From Thermoleophilia bacterium (GTDB lineage: Bacteria; Actinomycetota; Thermoleophilia; RBG-16-64-13): DNA of 64,000 nucleotides. Both the position numbers and the translations under genes were made by a program. This document shows positions 1-10,470 of this stretch, in pieces. Positions within the stretch are counted from its first letter, which is position 1. Every line of letters begins with the position of its first letter. The notes under the pieces were generated by a model, which ran no database searches, was not told the origin of the DNA, and was given only the letters and a program-made list of their open reading frames with translations. The stretch is taken from NCBI GenBank assembly GCA_040768135.1, contig JAXGNF010000003.1:11191-75190 (forward strand), in the 5' to 3' direction.

Positions 1-511
1 GAGCCTCTTCCGCTTCCTCCATGGTATGTGCGACCATGACCCCTTTGCCGGCCGCCAAGCCGTCGGCTTTGACAACGACCGGTGCCCCATGCTTGTGGAG
101 ATAAGCAAGAGCCTGCTCGTAATCGGAGAACACGTCGGCATGCGCGTCGTTGACCCCAGCGGCTTCCATGACCTCCTTGGCGAACGCCTTAGAGCCTTCG
201 ATCCGAGCACCGTCGGCTCCGGGGCCGAACACGGCAAACCCTCTATCACGGAGTTGATCAGCCAACCCTGCCACCAGCGGGGCCTCCGGCCCCACCACAG
301 TCAGATCGAACTTCTCCCGCTCGACGAATGCGACCAGAGAAGCGATGTCTTCGGCTCTTATCGCGGCCGTCACGGCGTCGTCCTCAATTCCCGGATTTCC
401 GGGTGCACCGACGAGTCGGCCGATACGGGGGCTCTTCGCCAGGCTGCGAACGAGCGCGTGCTCTCGGGCCCCCCCACCGACTACCAGTACGTCCAACCGC
501 TCAGAAGCCAT
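1..511 (-). CDS. purD: phosphoribosylamine--glycine ligase (PurD), N-terminal part; gene runs off the window start
   Basis: Reverse-complement translation from the ATG at 511 gives MASERLDVLVVGGGAREHALVRSLAKSPRIGRLVGAPGNPGIEDDAV...VVVKADGLAAGKGVMVAHTMEEAEEA, a typical PurD N-terminus (ATP-grasp, GGREHAL motif). It overlaps the spurious + ORF 26..679. Confidence 0.8.
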   Translation of the reverse strand, partial: MASERLDVLVVGGGAREHALVRSLAKSPRIGRLVGAPGNPGIEDDAVTAAIRAEDIASLVAFVEREKFDLTVVGPEAPLVAGLADQLRDRGFAVFGPGADGARIEGSKAFAKEVMEAAGVNDAHADVFSDYEQALAYLHKHGAPVVVKADGLAAGKGVMVAHTMEEAEEA

Positions 512-584
512 GCCTCTCTCTCTTTCTATGGAATCAGATGCTGTGATCGCATCCCCACGGGCTCGATCAGACCGCCGGCCGCCC

Positions 585-1952
<1,368 letters not shown>

Positions 1953-2156
1953 CTATCCGTGAACCAAGAACCCAACCTGGGCGCAACCGATTTGTGACCA
2001 CGGCTACAACAACCACCCATCTTATCCACAACCTGGTGGATCACTGCGGCCGCCTCCGCGGTCCGCGGCCCTACCTGCACCCAGTGGACAGTTTACACCA
2101 GCCCTCTAGCACCACGCGTACAGACCCCCGCAACAGCGGACGCCGACCCAGCGTTG

Positions 2157-3089
2157 TCAGCCGTCCGCGGCCTCGCCTGGTCGACCTTCACGAATAGATA
2201 ACGAGATCTGATACTCGATACATCCAACGTCACAGGCTTTGACGCACTTCAAGCACCGGATGCACTCTGGGCTGTTGGGGCGCGCGGGAACATCCAGATC
2301 TACTGGACACGCTCGGCTGCAGGCGCCGCACGAGAGACATCGACGCCGATCTACATTGAGGCGGAGCAGACTGACTTTGTTGAACAGGCCGAGGATCGCT
2401 CCCAGAGGGCAGATGGTCCGACAGAACGGCCGCAGACTGACGATCATCCATAGGGCGAAGGCCACCAACAACGCTACCTTCCACACGAACAAGAGCCCTA
2501 TCATGCTCCGGATGTCGGCGTTCGCGGTCACCAGCGGCAAACCGGCCTCGAGTGTTCCCGCAGGACAGATCCATTTGCAGAACCAGGTATCGCCGAACCC
2601 GGCCGCATTGAGGACGACCGCCGGCAGAAGCAAAACAGTCATCACAAGGATGAGATATTTGAGGTAGGTGAGGATGCGGGGGATGCGGAGTTTTGGTCCC
2701 GGGATCTTGTGAAGAATATCCTGTAACAGACCGAAGGGACAGAACCAGCCGCACGGAAAACGGCCGACCAGGCTACCGACGATCCCTAGGGAGCCCAGAA
2801 CATACAGACCAAACTGCAACTCACCGGTTGCGAACCGGAAGCGTATGGAGGCGAACGCATGTTGCAACGAACCGATGGGGCAGGCCCCGACGGCAGCCGG
2901 ACACGAGTAACAGTTGAGCACCGGTACGCAGATGCCCTTCGACTTGGCTCGGACGATGGTCCCTGTGAAGTAGTTCGTGACGATGGGATTGAGGGTGATG
3001 GCGCTCAGGATCTGCACCCACCTGCGTCTGGCCAACCGAAGCACCGACCATCCGCCTCCGGTTATCCGATCCCGATGCAACTCAGACAA
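2157..3089 (-). CDS. membrane-bound 4Fe-4S polyferredoxin, NapH/MauN-like
   Basis: Multiple CxxCxxC and CP motifs (CYSCPAAVGACP, CLSCGACSRACP, CIRCLKCVKAC) sit between hydrophobic segments, as in the NapH/MauN family. Confidence 0.6.
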   Translation of the reverse strand: MSELHRDRITGGGWSVLRLARRRWVQILSAITLNPIVTNYFTGTIVRAKSKGICVPVLNCYSCPAAVGACPIGSLQHAFASIRFRFATGELQFGLYVLGSLGIVGSLVGRFPCGWFCPFGLLQDILHKIPGPKLRIPRILTYLKYLILVMTVLLLPAVVLNAAGFGDTWFCKWICPAGTLEAGLPLVTANADIRSMIGLLFVWKVALLVAFALWMIVSLRPFCRTICPLGAILGLFNKVSLLRLNVDRRRCLSCGACSRACPVDLDVPARPNSPECIRCLKCVKACDVGCIEYQISLSIREGRPGEAADG

Positions 3090-3195
3090 ACATTGACGGC
3101 GTTTGCCAGCACCGACCTGAACTCGCCCAGTACAAGACCGGCCACCACCAAAGCCACGAAGACGGCCAACGACACGTACGGCGCGTAACGCCTCA

Positions 3196-4656
3196 TCACC
3201 GACCGAGGTCCCTCGCGACCGCGCGTGCTGCCACCAGCCCCGACGCTGAGGCCTGCACCAAGCCCCGGGTCACCCCGGCCCCGTCGCCGATCGCGTACAG
3301 TCCAAAGACGGAGGTCTGAAGGCTGTGGTCGAGGGCCAAACGCGACGAATAGAACTTGACCTCCGCACCGTACAAGAGCGTGTCCCGCCCGCCCACACCC
3401 GGAAGGAGCGCGTCAATGGCGTCCAACATGTCCAGAAGGTCCCGCAAGTGCCGATAGGGCAGGGCGAAGGCAAGATCGCCCGGGGTAGCGGCGCGCAGCG
3501 TCGGCTCGACGACGCTGCGCCGCAGTTTCTCTGGGGTAGTGCGGTGCCCAGAACGCAAATCGCCCAGACGCTGAATCAGGATATCTTTGCCGAGCATGTT
3601 GGCCAAACGGGCGATCGATTTGCCGTACTCGATGGGTTCTTTGAAGGGTTCTGTGAACCGGGTGGACACAAGCAGGGCGAAGTTGGTGTTGGCCGTCTTG
3701 TGCTCGGCATCGGCGTAGCTGTGGCCATTCACGGTGACGGCGTCACCCCAACTCTCGGTGCAGACCACCCCATGAGGATTCATACAGAACGTGCGGACCT
3801 GGTCCTCAAAATGACGTGATGTATAGAGCAACTTCGGTTCGTATAGTTCGTCGGTGATCACATCAGTGAACACCGCGGGAACCTCCACCCGCACGCCTAT
3901 ATCGACCGCGTTGCTCACCAGAGGGATCCCCAGCCGTCGCGCCTCTTCGGTGAGCCATGCCGACCCTTCTCGCCCCGGAGCAACTATGACCACCGGGCTC
4001 TCATACACGACGCCACCGGCAGTCGTCACTCCGGTGACGCAGGCGCTCCCCCGGCCTGCCCCGCGCGAAACGGTGCCACCCAGACTGAGGGACACGTTCC
4101 CCAAGCCCGCGTCGACACCGTCCTCCTCCACCGCGCCCGTGGTCAAGATCCGATGCACTGCCGTCCCGGTGAGAATGTCGACTTTGTCTTCTAACTCAGC
4201 CCGCATGGCGGCCAGTATCTCCGCCGCCCGCTCGGTTCCCAAGTGACGGACCGGGGAACGCACGAGACGCAGCCCCTGCCGAACTGCCAGATCCGACCAG
4301 CGGTCGAAGACCTCGGGGTCATCACCGTAGAGCCGGTCCGAAGCGCCGAACTCCCTATAAGTCTTATCCACATCGGCAATGAGTTCCAGAGCGGCCGCTT
4401 CGTCAGTATAGTCGCTCAGCCACCCCCCGACCTCGGGGCTCAGGGTCAGCTTCCCGTCGGAGAAGGCCCCTGCCCCGCCCCACCCCGTGGTTATGGCGCA
4501 GGGAGAACAATGAGAACAACCGCCGGTGGCACGCGCCGGGCAGCGCCGCTCACCTATGTCAAGGCCTTTCTCTAGGAGCAATACCCGCAACGCCCCATGC
4601 TGCGCCAGTTCCAGAGCGGCGAAGATGCCTGCCGGGCCGCCGCCGACGATGATCAC
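3196..4656 (-). CDS. FAD-dependent oxidoreductase (COG2509-like uncharacterized FAD-dependent dehydrogenase)
   Basis: The N-terminus MIIVGGGPAGIFAALELAQHG is a Rossmann GxGxxG dinucleotide-binding fold. At 486 aa it matches the conserved bacterial NAD(P)/FAD-dependent oxidoreductase family. Confidence 0.7.
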   Translation of the reverse strand: MIIVGGGPAGIFAALELAQHGALRVLLLEKGLDIGERRCPARATGGCSHCSPCAITTGWGGAGAFSDGKLTLSPEVGGWLSDYTDEAAALELIADVDKTYREFGASDRLYGDDPEVFDRWSDLAVRQGLRLVRSPVRHLGTERAAEILAAMRAELEDKVDILTGTAVHRILTTGAVEEDGVDAGLGNVSLSLGGTVSRGAGRGSACVTGVTTAGGVVYESPVVIVAPGREGSAWLTEEARRLGIPLVSNAVDIGVRVEVPAVFTDVITDELYEPKLLYTSRHFEDQVRTFCMNPHGVVCTESWGDAVTVNGHSYADAEHKTANTNFALLVSTRFTEPFKEPIEYGKSIARLANMLGKDILIQRLGDLRSGHRTTPEKLRRSVVEPTLRAATPGDLAFALPYRHLRDLLDMLDAIDALLPGVGGRDTLLYGAEVKFYSSRLALDHSLQTSVFGLYAIGDGAGVTRGLVQASASGLVAARAVARDLGR

Positions 4657-4813
4657 GTCGTATCGATCTACCGCTGTGGCGATGACATCCCTCCTACATC
4701 AGATGCAAACTACGCACCCGCGCGCCTCGGACCGCGCCGGAGCACCACCAGCACACGCGCGTCGACCAGCGCCGCGCACCCGCGCGCCTCGGGCCGTACC
4801 TGCTCCGCCTGTC

Positions 4814-6190
4814 TTACCGCGTAAGACTCTTATCGGCAAGATCGGCAAAGCGAGTGTAGTTCTGAGCGAAGGCCAGCTTACATTCCCCGATGGGACCATT
4901 GCGCTGCTTACCCACAATGATCTCAGCCGTTCCTTTGTCGGGGCTGTCCCGGTTATACACTTCGTCACGGTAGATGAAGAGCACCACGTCTGCGTCCTGC
5001 TCAATACTGCCCGATTCGCGCAGGTCGGAGAGCACCGGCTTGTTGCCCGCCCGCTGCTCCACCTGGCGAGACAACTGCGATAGCGCCAGTACGGGAACCT
5101 CCAACTCCCGGGCGAGGATTTTAAGCCCGCGGGAGATGCGCGACACTTCTTGTTGCCTGTTCTCGGCCCCTACGTCGCCCATCATCAGCTGCAGATAGTC
5201 GACCACGATCAAACCCAGATTCTTCTCTTTGGCCCTCAGACGACGGGCTTTGGCTCGTATCTCCATGAGATTGAGGGAGGCGCTGTCATCGACAAATATT
5301 GGCGCGGTGTGCAGGGGTGTGCAGGCCGCCGCCAACTTGCTCCACTCGTTCGGCTGGAGCATGCCCCGTCGCACCCTCCAGTGATCCACCCGGGCCTCCG
5401 AACACATCATCCGGTTGACCACCTCCATCTTCGACATCTCGAGGCTGAAGATGGCCACTCCTTTCCCCTGATCGACGGCCACGTTGCGGGCGATATTGAG
5501 AGCGAGGGCCGTCTTACCCATCGACGGCCGAGCAGCAAGGATGACCAGGTTAGACGGCTGGAAACCACTGATGATGACATCGAGATCGCGGAATCCGGTA
5601 GCGCAGCCGGCCGTATGATGCCCCTCGGTCATAGTCCGTTCGAGCTCCGGCCAGCTCTCATCGATCAACTCAGAGATAGGCGAGAACTCCCCCACGACCC
5701 GGGTTTGAGAGATGTCGAACACCATCTGTTCGGCCCTGTCGATGAGATCCATGGGAGGGTGTTCACGCCGGTAGGCCATCTCAGTGATCTCTCCCCCGAC
5801 CCTGATGAGCGAGCGCAGGTAGTAGTTCTCCCGCACTATCTCTGCATACTGCCGGGCATTGGTGGCAGCTGGAACGGCTGTCACCAGACTATGGACAAAC
5901 GCCCTCCCACCAACGGCCTCCAAAGCGGCCCGGTTGGCCAACTCCTCGCAGACCGTGATAGGGTCGATGGGCTCGCCGCGCGAGAATAGGTCTTCGATGG
6001 CCTCGTAGATGCGCTGGTGGGCCTGCCTATAGAAATGGTGCGGTCGGATGATCTCACTGATCCCAGGTATGACGTTGGGAGTGAGCATGCCGGCCCCCAG
6101 TACTGAGATCTCAGCATCGAGGTTCTGGGGGATTATGTAATCGCCTCCGCTGAGGCTCCCGACGCCTCCAACTCCTTCCCTCATCTCCAT
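4814..6190 (-). CDS. dnaB: replicative DNA helicase DnaB
   Basis: AEISVLGA N-terminal motif, Walker A ARPSMGKTALAL, and Walker B/RecA-like motifs (LIVVDYLQLM, SQLSR). It follows rplI as in the conserved cluster. Confidence 0.9.
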   Translation of the reverse strand: MEMREGVGGVGSLSGGDYIIPQNLDAEISVLGAGMLTPNVIPGISEIIRPHHFYRQAHQRIYEAIEDLFSRGEPIDPITVCEELANRAALEAVGGRAFVHSLVTAVPAATNARQYAEIVRENYYLRSLIRVGGEITEMAYRREHPPMDLIDRAEQMVFDISQTRVVGEFSPISELIDESWPELERTMTEGHHTAGCATGFRDLDVIISGFQPSNLVILAARPSMGKTALALNIARNVAVDQGKGVAIFSLEMSKMEVVNRMMCSEARVDHWRVRRGMLQPNEWSKLAAACTPLHTAPIFVDDSASLNLMEIRAKARRLRAKEKNLGLIVVDYLQLMMGDVGAENRQQEVSRISRGLKILARELEVPVLALSQLSRQVEQRAGNKPVLSDLRESGSIEQDADVVLFIYRDEVYNRDSPDKGTAEIIVGKQRNGPIGECKLAFAQNYTRFADLADKSLTR

Positions 6191-6232
6191 ACGCGCCCCT
6201 CTCTCCCCAGGAACGGAGACATCGCGCCGCTG

Positions 6233-6700
6233 CTACGCCTGGTGTTCCTCCGGGACCACTATGACCTTGACCTCCGCAGGTTGCACGCCGGCAGGCATGT
6301 GGACCTTGACCATATAGGTGCCGACCATTTTGATCGGTTCCTCCAGGTCTACGTTCCGCTTGTCGATCCGGATCTTGCGGGCCGCGAAGATGGCATCGGC
6401 AACGTCCTGATTGGTGACGGACCCGAAAAGCCGGTCGGCGGACCCCACGGGAGCAGGGATGGTAAGAACGGTCCTCGAGAGTAGGTCTCTGGTTTCGTCG
6501 GCCCGTTCGGCCTCCCGACGCGCCTGAGCGGCCTTCTCTTCCATCATCCGCCGCGCCTGGGCAATGCGCGCGGGGGTAGCTATCTCAGCCAGTTTACGCG
6601 GGAGCAGGAAGTTGCGTGCGTATCCTTCCGAGACATTGGCGACGTCGCCCTTCGCGCCCAGCTTCTCCACATCTTGCAGCAGAATTATCTCCATACTCAC
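6233..6700 (-). CDS. rplI: 50S ribosomal protein L9
   Basis: MEIILLQDVEKLGAKGDVANVSEGYARNFLLP is a canonical L9 N-terminus. The start may be the second Met, at 6694. Confidence 0.9.
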   Translation of the reverse strand: MSMEIILLQDVEKLGAKGDVANVSEGYARNFLLPRKLAEIATPARIAQARRMMEEKAAQARREAERADETRDLLSRTVLTIPAPVGSADRLFGSVTNQDVADAIFAARKIRIDKRNVDLEEPIKMVGTYMVKVHMPAGVQPAEVKVIVVPEEHQA

Positions 6701-6703
6701 TCC

Positions 6704-7711
6704 TTACTTATGGATCTTATCCGTAGAACCCGCCTCCGGGTTCTTGACAGCGAAACGTCTGCGGTAGTCGATCCATGTATCGAATAGCCCCACCAGCCCT
6801 GTCAGCTGGAGAAGCCCCTGTGCAACAACTGCCGCCACGAAGAGCACTCCCCAGCCTCCCTTACTCATGCCGCGCCTCAGTGCGAACCATCGAGCCACAG
6901 CTACGCCCTGCACAAAAAACAGCGTCTGCGACACCAGGAGCATGTTGATGCCTATATACATCACCACGGTGCTCCAAGTGCTCCCTCCTCGAGCAAACAG
7001 CAGCATCGCCAAACCGGCGATCGAACCATAAGCCGCCGCCCAATGCATCCGGAACCCCGACAGAGACATGGTCACCGGTAGCCGATCCCGCAACCGTGGG
7101 AAGATCAGATAGGCCAGTCCGATGGATGATGAAGCCAACAGGATGGCCACCATACCCAGTAGACCGGGGGTCACGTAAGGCACAACTTCGACGAAACGCC
7201 TGAGTTGTGCGGCCACGGTCTCTGCCGAACCGGTGCTCATACCCAACTGGACGTATTGGGCGGCCGTGTTGTCGATGACGCTTCCGGCGGCCTCTTTGAA
7301 CCAGGCAAAATCGACGCCAAAGACCAGCCAGAGGACCAGTCCCCAGCCCACCACTGCTCCGAGGGCTCCGCCCGAGGTCGCGACCAGAGTCGGCTCGAAC
7401 CTCCAACCTGCGCTCAGAGCCCACCCCAACAGCATGCCGATGCCCATGAGGGAGAACAGCACCAAGACGGCTGTCGGGATGCCGACCATCACCCAGATCA
7501 GTAGCGCGGAGATGACGGCGCTGAGAACCCCGTACTTGAGTCCCCAGCGGGCGACTACGAACGCTGCGGGCAGGGCCAAGAACGGGGCGATGAGGGCGGG
7601 CACCATCGGAAGGACGACCAAAGAGAACCCCATGACGAAGGTGACCGCGGACGCCTTGACCACCGAGAGTAGTGGCGATCTCGACGGCATCTTCACCGGC
7701 CCAGCCTGCAT
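6704..7711 (-). CDS. polytopic membrane protein, DUF2232/YybS-like
   Basis: Highly hydrophobic 335-aa protein with multiple TM helices. It sits between rpsR and rplI exactly where yybS lies in Firmicutes-type rpsF-ssb-rpsR-yybS-rplI clusters. Confidence 0.5.
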   Translation of the reverse strand: MQAGPVKMPSRSPLLSVVKASAVTFVMGFSLVVLPMVPALIAPFLALPAAFVVARWGLKYGVLSAVISALLIWVMVGIPTAVLVLFSLMGIGMLLGWALSAGWRFEPTLVATSGGALGAVVGWGLVLWLVFGVDFAWFKEAAGSVIDNTAAQYVQLGMSTGSAETVAAQLRRFVEVVPYVTPGLLGMVAILLASSSIGLAYLIFPRLRDRLPVTMSLSGFRMHWAAAYGSIAGLAMLLFARGGSTWSTVVMYIGINMLLVSQTLFFVQGVAVARWFALRRGMSKGGWGVLFVAAVVAQGLLQLTGLVGLFDTWIDYRRRFAVKNPEAGSTDKIHK

Positions 7712-7726
7712 GGGACGATCTGCCCT

Positions 7727-7984
7727 CTACCTACTGCTATAGGGCAGAAGTGCCACCTCGCGGGCCCGCTTGATCGCGACGGCCACCTGCCGCTGGTGAC
7801 GTCGGCATGCACCCGTAGTACGACGAGACCGGATCTTACCCCGCTCGGACATGAACCGTCGAAGCGTCCCGTAATCTTTGAAATCGACTTCGTCGACGCC
7901 CTCTTTGCAAAAGAAGCAGTACTTGCGTCGACGAGAGCCCGTAGCGGGGCGCGCCCGCCTCTGTTGCCTTTTAGGATTGGCCAC
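7727..7984 (-). CDS. rpsR: 30S ribosomal protein S18
   Basis: [62 protein letters not shown] is the S18 signature. Confidence 0.9.
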   Translation of the reverse strand: MANPKRQQRRARPATGSRRRKYCFFCKEGVDEVDFKDYGTLRRFMSERGKIRSRRTTGACRRHQRQVAVAIKRAREVALLPYSSR

Positions 7985-8172
7985 TTCTCAAACCTCCTTG
8001 CTGCTCGTTCAAGAATGAAGTCGCAGTCGCCTAGAACGTGCTGACAGAGCACTCGGCCATCGACAGTCGCGCCCGCAACCACACCAAGAGCGCACTCTCC
8101 ACGTCGGGCCCGTCCGCGTTGCCCGCACCTTGGCAACGAAGCTTCATCCTCAAACGGCCTCCTCGGGAACGA

Positions 8173-8616
8173 CTAGAAGGGTATGTCGTCGCCCCCAAAA
8201 TCGATGTCACGAAAATCGTCCTGCGCCGCAGCATCGGCTGCAGGCCGGGCCGCGGGGCGAACTGTTGGCTCGCGGGTCTCGCCCGACCCACCGATGAACA
8301 TCACCGTGTCGGCGACGATCTCGACCTTACTGCGCCTACTACCGTCCTGAGCCTCCCAACTACGCTGGTCGAGTCGGCCGTCGACCGCCACTTGGCGGCC
8401 TTTGGTGAGATAACGAGCACAGTTCTCGCCCTGTTGCCCCCATACGACCACGTCGAAAAAATTGGGCTTCTCGACCCATTGACCGCTCGCGTCTTTATAG
8501 GAAGAGTTGACCGCCACGCCCAACTGGCACACCGAAGTACCCTGCGGGGTCTGACGGAGCTCGGGGTCGCGGGTCAGGTTACCTACCAAAGTCACACGTG
8601 CGATGCCGCGAGCCAT
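8173..8616 (-). CDS. ssb: single-stranded DNA-binding protein
   Basis: From the ATG at 8616 (RBS GGAGGA 5 nt upstream): MARGIARVTLVGNLTRDPELRQTPQGTSVCQLGVAVN...DDIPF, an OB fold with the acidic C-terminal DDIPF tail. The ORF track extends spuriously further upstream. Confidence 0.9.
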   Translation of the reverse strand: MARGIARVTLVGNLTRDPELRQTPQGTSVCQLGVAVNSSYKDASGQWVEKPNFFDVVVWGQQGENCARYLTKGRQVAVDGRLDQRSWEAQDGSRRSKVEIVADTVMFIGGSGETREPTVRPAARPAADAAAQDDFRDIDFGGDDIPF

Positions 8617-8630
8617 ACTTCCTCCTTCAA

Positions 8631-8972
8631 TCAGTCCTCTTCGGCCGCCGGTGCAGGTGTGGCCACCGGCCCGAGGGGACCAAAAGGCTTTTTGTGCCGA
8701 ACGGGCATGAAACGGAGCACGACGTCGGTGATACCGAGGACTCGGGTCACCTCGTCGAGGGTCTTGGGGGTAGCCTCGAAGTACAAGATGTAATAGACGC
8801 CGTCGAGCGAGTCGTCTATCTCGTACGCGAGACGTTTCTTGCCCCACTCATCGATCTTCACGACGACGCCCCCGTCGCCAGTGATGATCTCTTTGGTGCG
8901 ATCGAGCACCGCGGTCCGCTCTTCATCCGTCGCACTAGTGCGCAGGATAAGAACCAGCTCATAGCTGTTCAG
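8631..8972 (-). CDS. rpsF: 30S ribosomal protein S6; start codon apparently non-canonical (CTG at 8970-8972)
   Basis: C-terminal two-thirds (IDEWGKKRLAYEI...VVLRFMPVR) is S6. The reading frame stays open upstream of the listed GTG and encodes (K)LNSYELVLILRTSATDEERTAV, the conserved S6 N-terminus. An AGGAGG RBS at 8982-8987 is followed 9 nt later by CTG. No ATG/GTG/TTG is present in the expected place. Confidence 0.75.
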   Translation of the reverse strand: MNSYELVLILRTSATDEERTAVLDRTKEIITGDGGVVVKIDEWGKKRLAYEIDDSLDGVYYILYFEATPKTLDEVTRVLGITDVVLRFMPVRHKKPFGPLGPVATPAPAAEED

Positions 8973-9152
8973 TTTGGGTCACCTCCTACGGTCTTTGCGG
9001 CCCCGGCCTCTCTGCCGGAGCAGGGGTGCTGTATGGAATTGTACCCGCACCGCCGGACAGGACTCCCAAAGACCCCTCCGAGTTGTCGCAGTGCGAAGCA
9101 GGGAGTATACACAAGGGGTGGGGGGAGCACCACCAGTGGCCCCCACACACAA

Positions 9153-10343
9153 TCACGTTTGGTCGCCCGAAGCCTGTTGAGCACCTGCGTTTTCAAGGCC
9201 GGCCGAGGCGGCAGACCGTGAGGTAGTGGATGCATATGGGGCAGCAGGTACCTGCGGTCCTCCGGTCTGTGCGACGCCGGCCTGGCCCGGATCGACCGGA
9301 ACGGGCTGTCCGACCGAAGCCGCCTGACTGCCCCATCCTTGCGGGTGGGCTTGATAGCGGGCTTGGCGCCGCTCTCGATTCCGGCGCACCAGAATCAGGC
9401 AGATCCGGTAGACAATGAACGCAACCACGGCAAGCACCACCAGCACCGGGATCAACACTCCAAGTCCTCGGATCACGGCGTTGAAGGCCTTCACGAGATT
9501 GTGGAGACCATCTTTCAAGGCCGCGATCACGCCCCAGTCCACACCAGAAGCCAACACCGCTCCGATCTCGTATATAGTCATGGCGATGGTCGAGTAGCCG
9601 GTGTGTTCATCTAGGTAGCGCAGGCGCCCTTTCAAGGCTTCAAGCTCTTCTTGGGCCCGATTGAGCACCGACTGCACGGTCAGAGTGTCGTCGATGGTCT
9701 CGGCCTTGCGGAGGAGCGCAGAGATCGAATCCACGTAGGCCTCGGAGTTCTTTATGCGGGCCTGCAGGTCTACGTACTCCTCCGTAACATCCTGGGTGTA
9801 GAGCGACTGGTTCTTGAGCGTACCCAGCTTGGCGGCGTCGCTCAGAGCCTGGGTGAAGGACGCGCTGGGCACCCGGATGGCCACGGTGCCGCTCCTCATG
9901 GCGTCATCCTCGCCGCCGGCGTAAGAGGTGGAACTGACAAGGTAGCCTCCGTAGCGATCGGCCAGCAGGATGGCCTGATCAAGAACGGTCTCGAACCGGC
10001 CGCGTTCGACTTCGATCTCGAGTTGCGCATCGCTGATTATCTTCTGGCCGGAGACGACGGACGCAGTCACCGCCCCCGACCAAGCTCTTTCTGGAGTCTC
10101 AGTCGAAGAGTATTGCCGAGCTGCCGTACCGCCTCCCCCGTCATAGTCCGCCTGCCCCCGGGTCGCAGTATTCATCGGTGCAGCCGTGGTCGCCGTTACC
10201 CAAGGCGCACCCTCCCCAGCCGGTGTGGTCATGTTCTTGTCGGCCCCTCCACAGCCGACGAAACCCAGCAGCCCGGCCAATCCCAACACGACCAGACCGG
10301 CCGCAACGGTCGTCAACGTCCTTTGTGCCCTTTTTGACCGCAC
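9153..10343 (-). CDS. DUF4349-like lipoprotein with a C-terminal TM helix and a low-complexity tail
   Basis: GTG start at 10341-10343, 6 nt after GAAGGAGG. Signal peptide VRSKRAQRTLTTVAAGLVVLGLAGLLGFVGCGG with a lipobox. The body carries a coiled-coil region and a C-terminal TM (LIPVLVVLAVVAFIVYRICLILV) typical of DUF4349. The first 60 codons of the ORF-track ORF are S/R/P-rich junk. Confidence 0.6.
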   Translation of the reverse strand: MRSKRAQRTLTTVAAGLVVLGLAGLLGFVGCGGADKNMTTPAGEGAPWVTATTAAPMNTATRGQADYDGGGGTAARQYSSTETPERAWSGAVTASVVSGQKIISDAQLEIEVERGRFETVLDQAILLADRYGGYLVSSTSYAGGEDDAMRSGTVAIRVPSASFTQALSDAAKLGTLKNQSLYTQDVTEEYVDLQARIKNSEAYVDSISALLRKAETIDDTLTVQSVLNRAQEELEALKGRLRYLDEHTGYSTIAMTIYEIGAVLASGVDWGVIAALKDGLHNLVKAFNAVIRGLGVLIPVLVVLAVVAFIVYRICLILVRRNRERRQARYQAHPQGWGSQAASVGQPVPVDPGQAGVAQTGGPQVPAAPYASTTSRSAASAGLENAGAQQASGDQT

Positions 10344-10470
10344 AGCCCGCCTCCTTCTCGAGTTCTTTGACCCCTGTGTGTGCTGGGACGGCTTGGCCGA
10401 CCACCCGGTTCCGGGCATAGTCGACCAGAGCCACGAAACGAGAGGAGCCCTTGGGCAGATCGGGCTTGTC

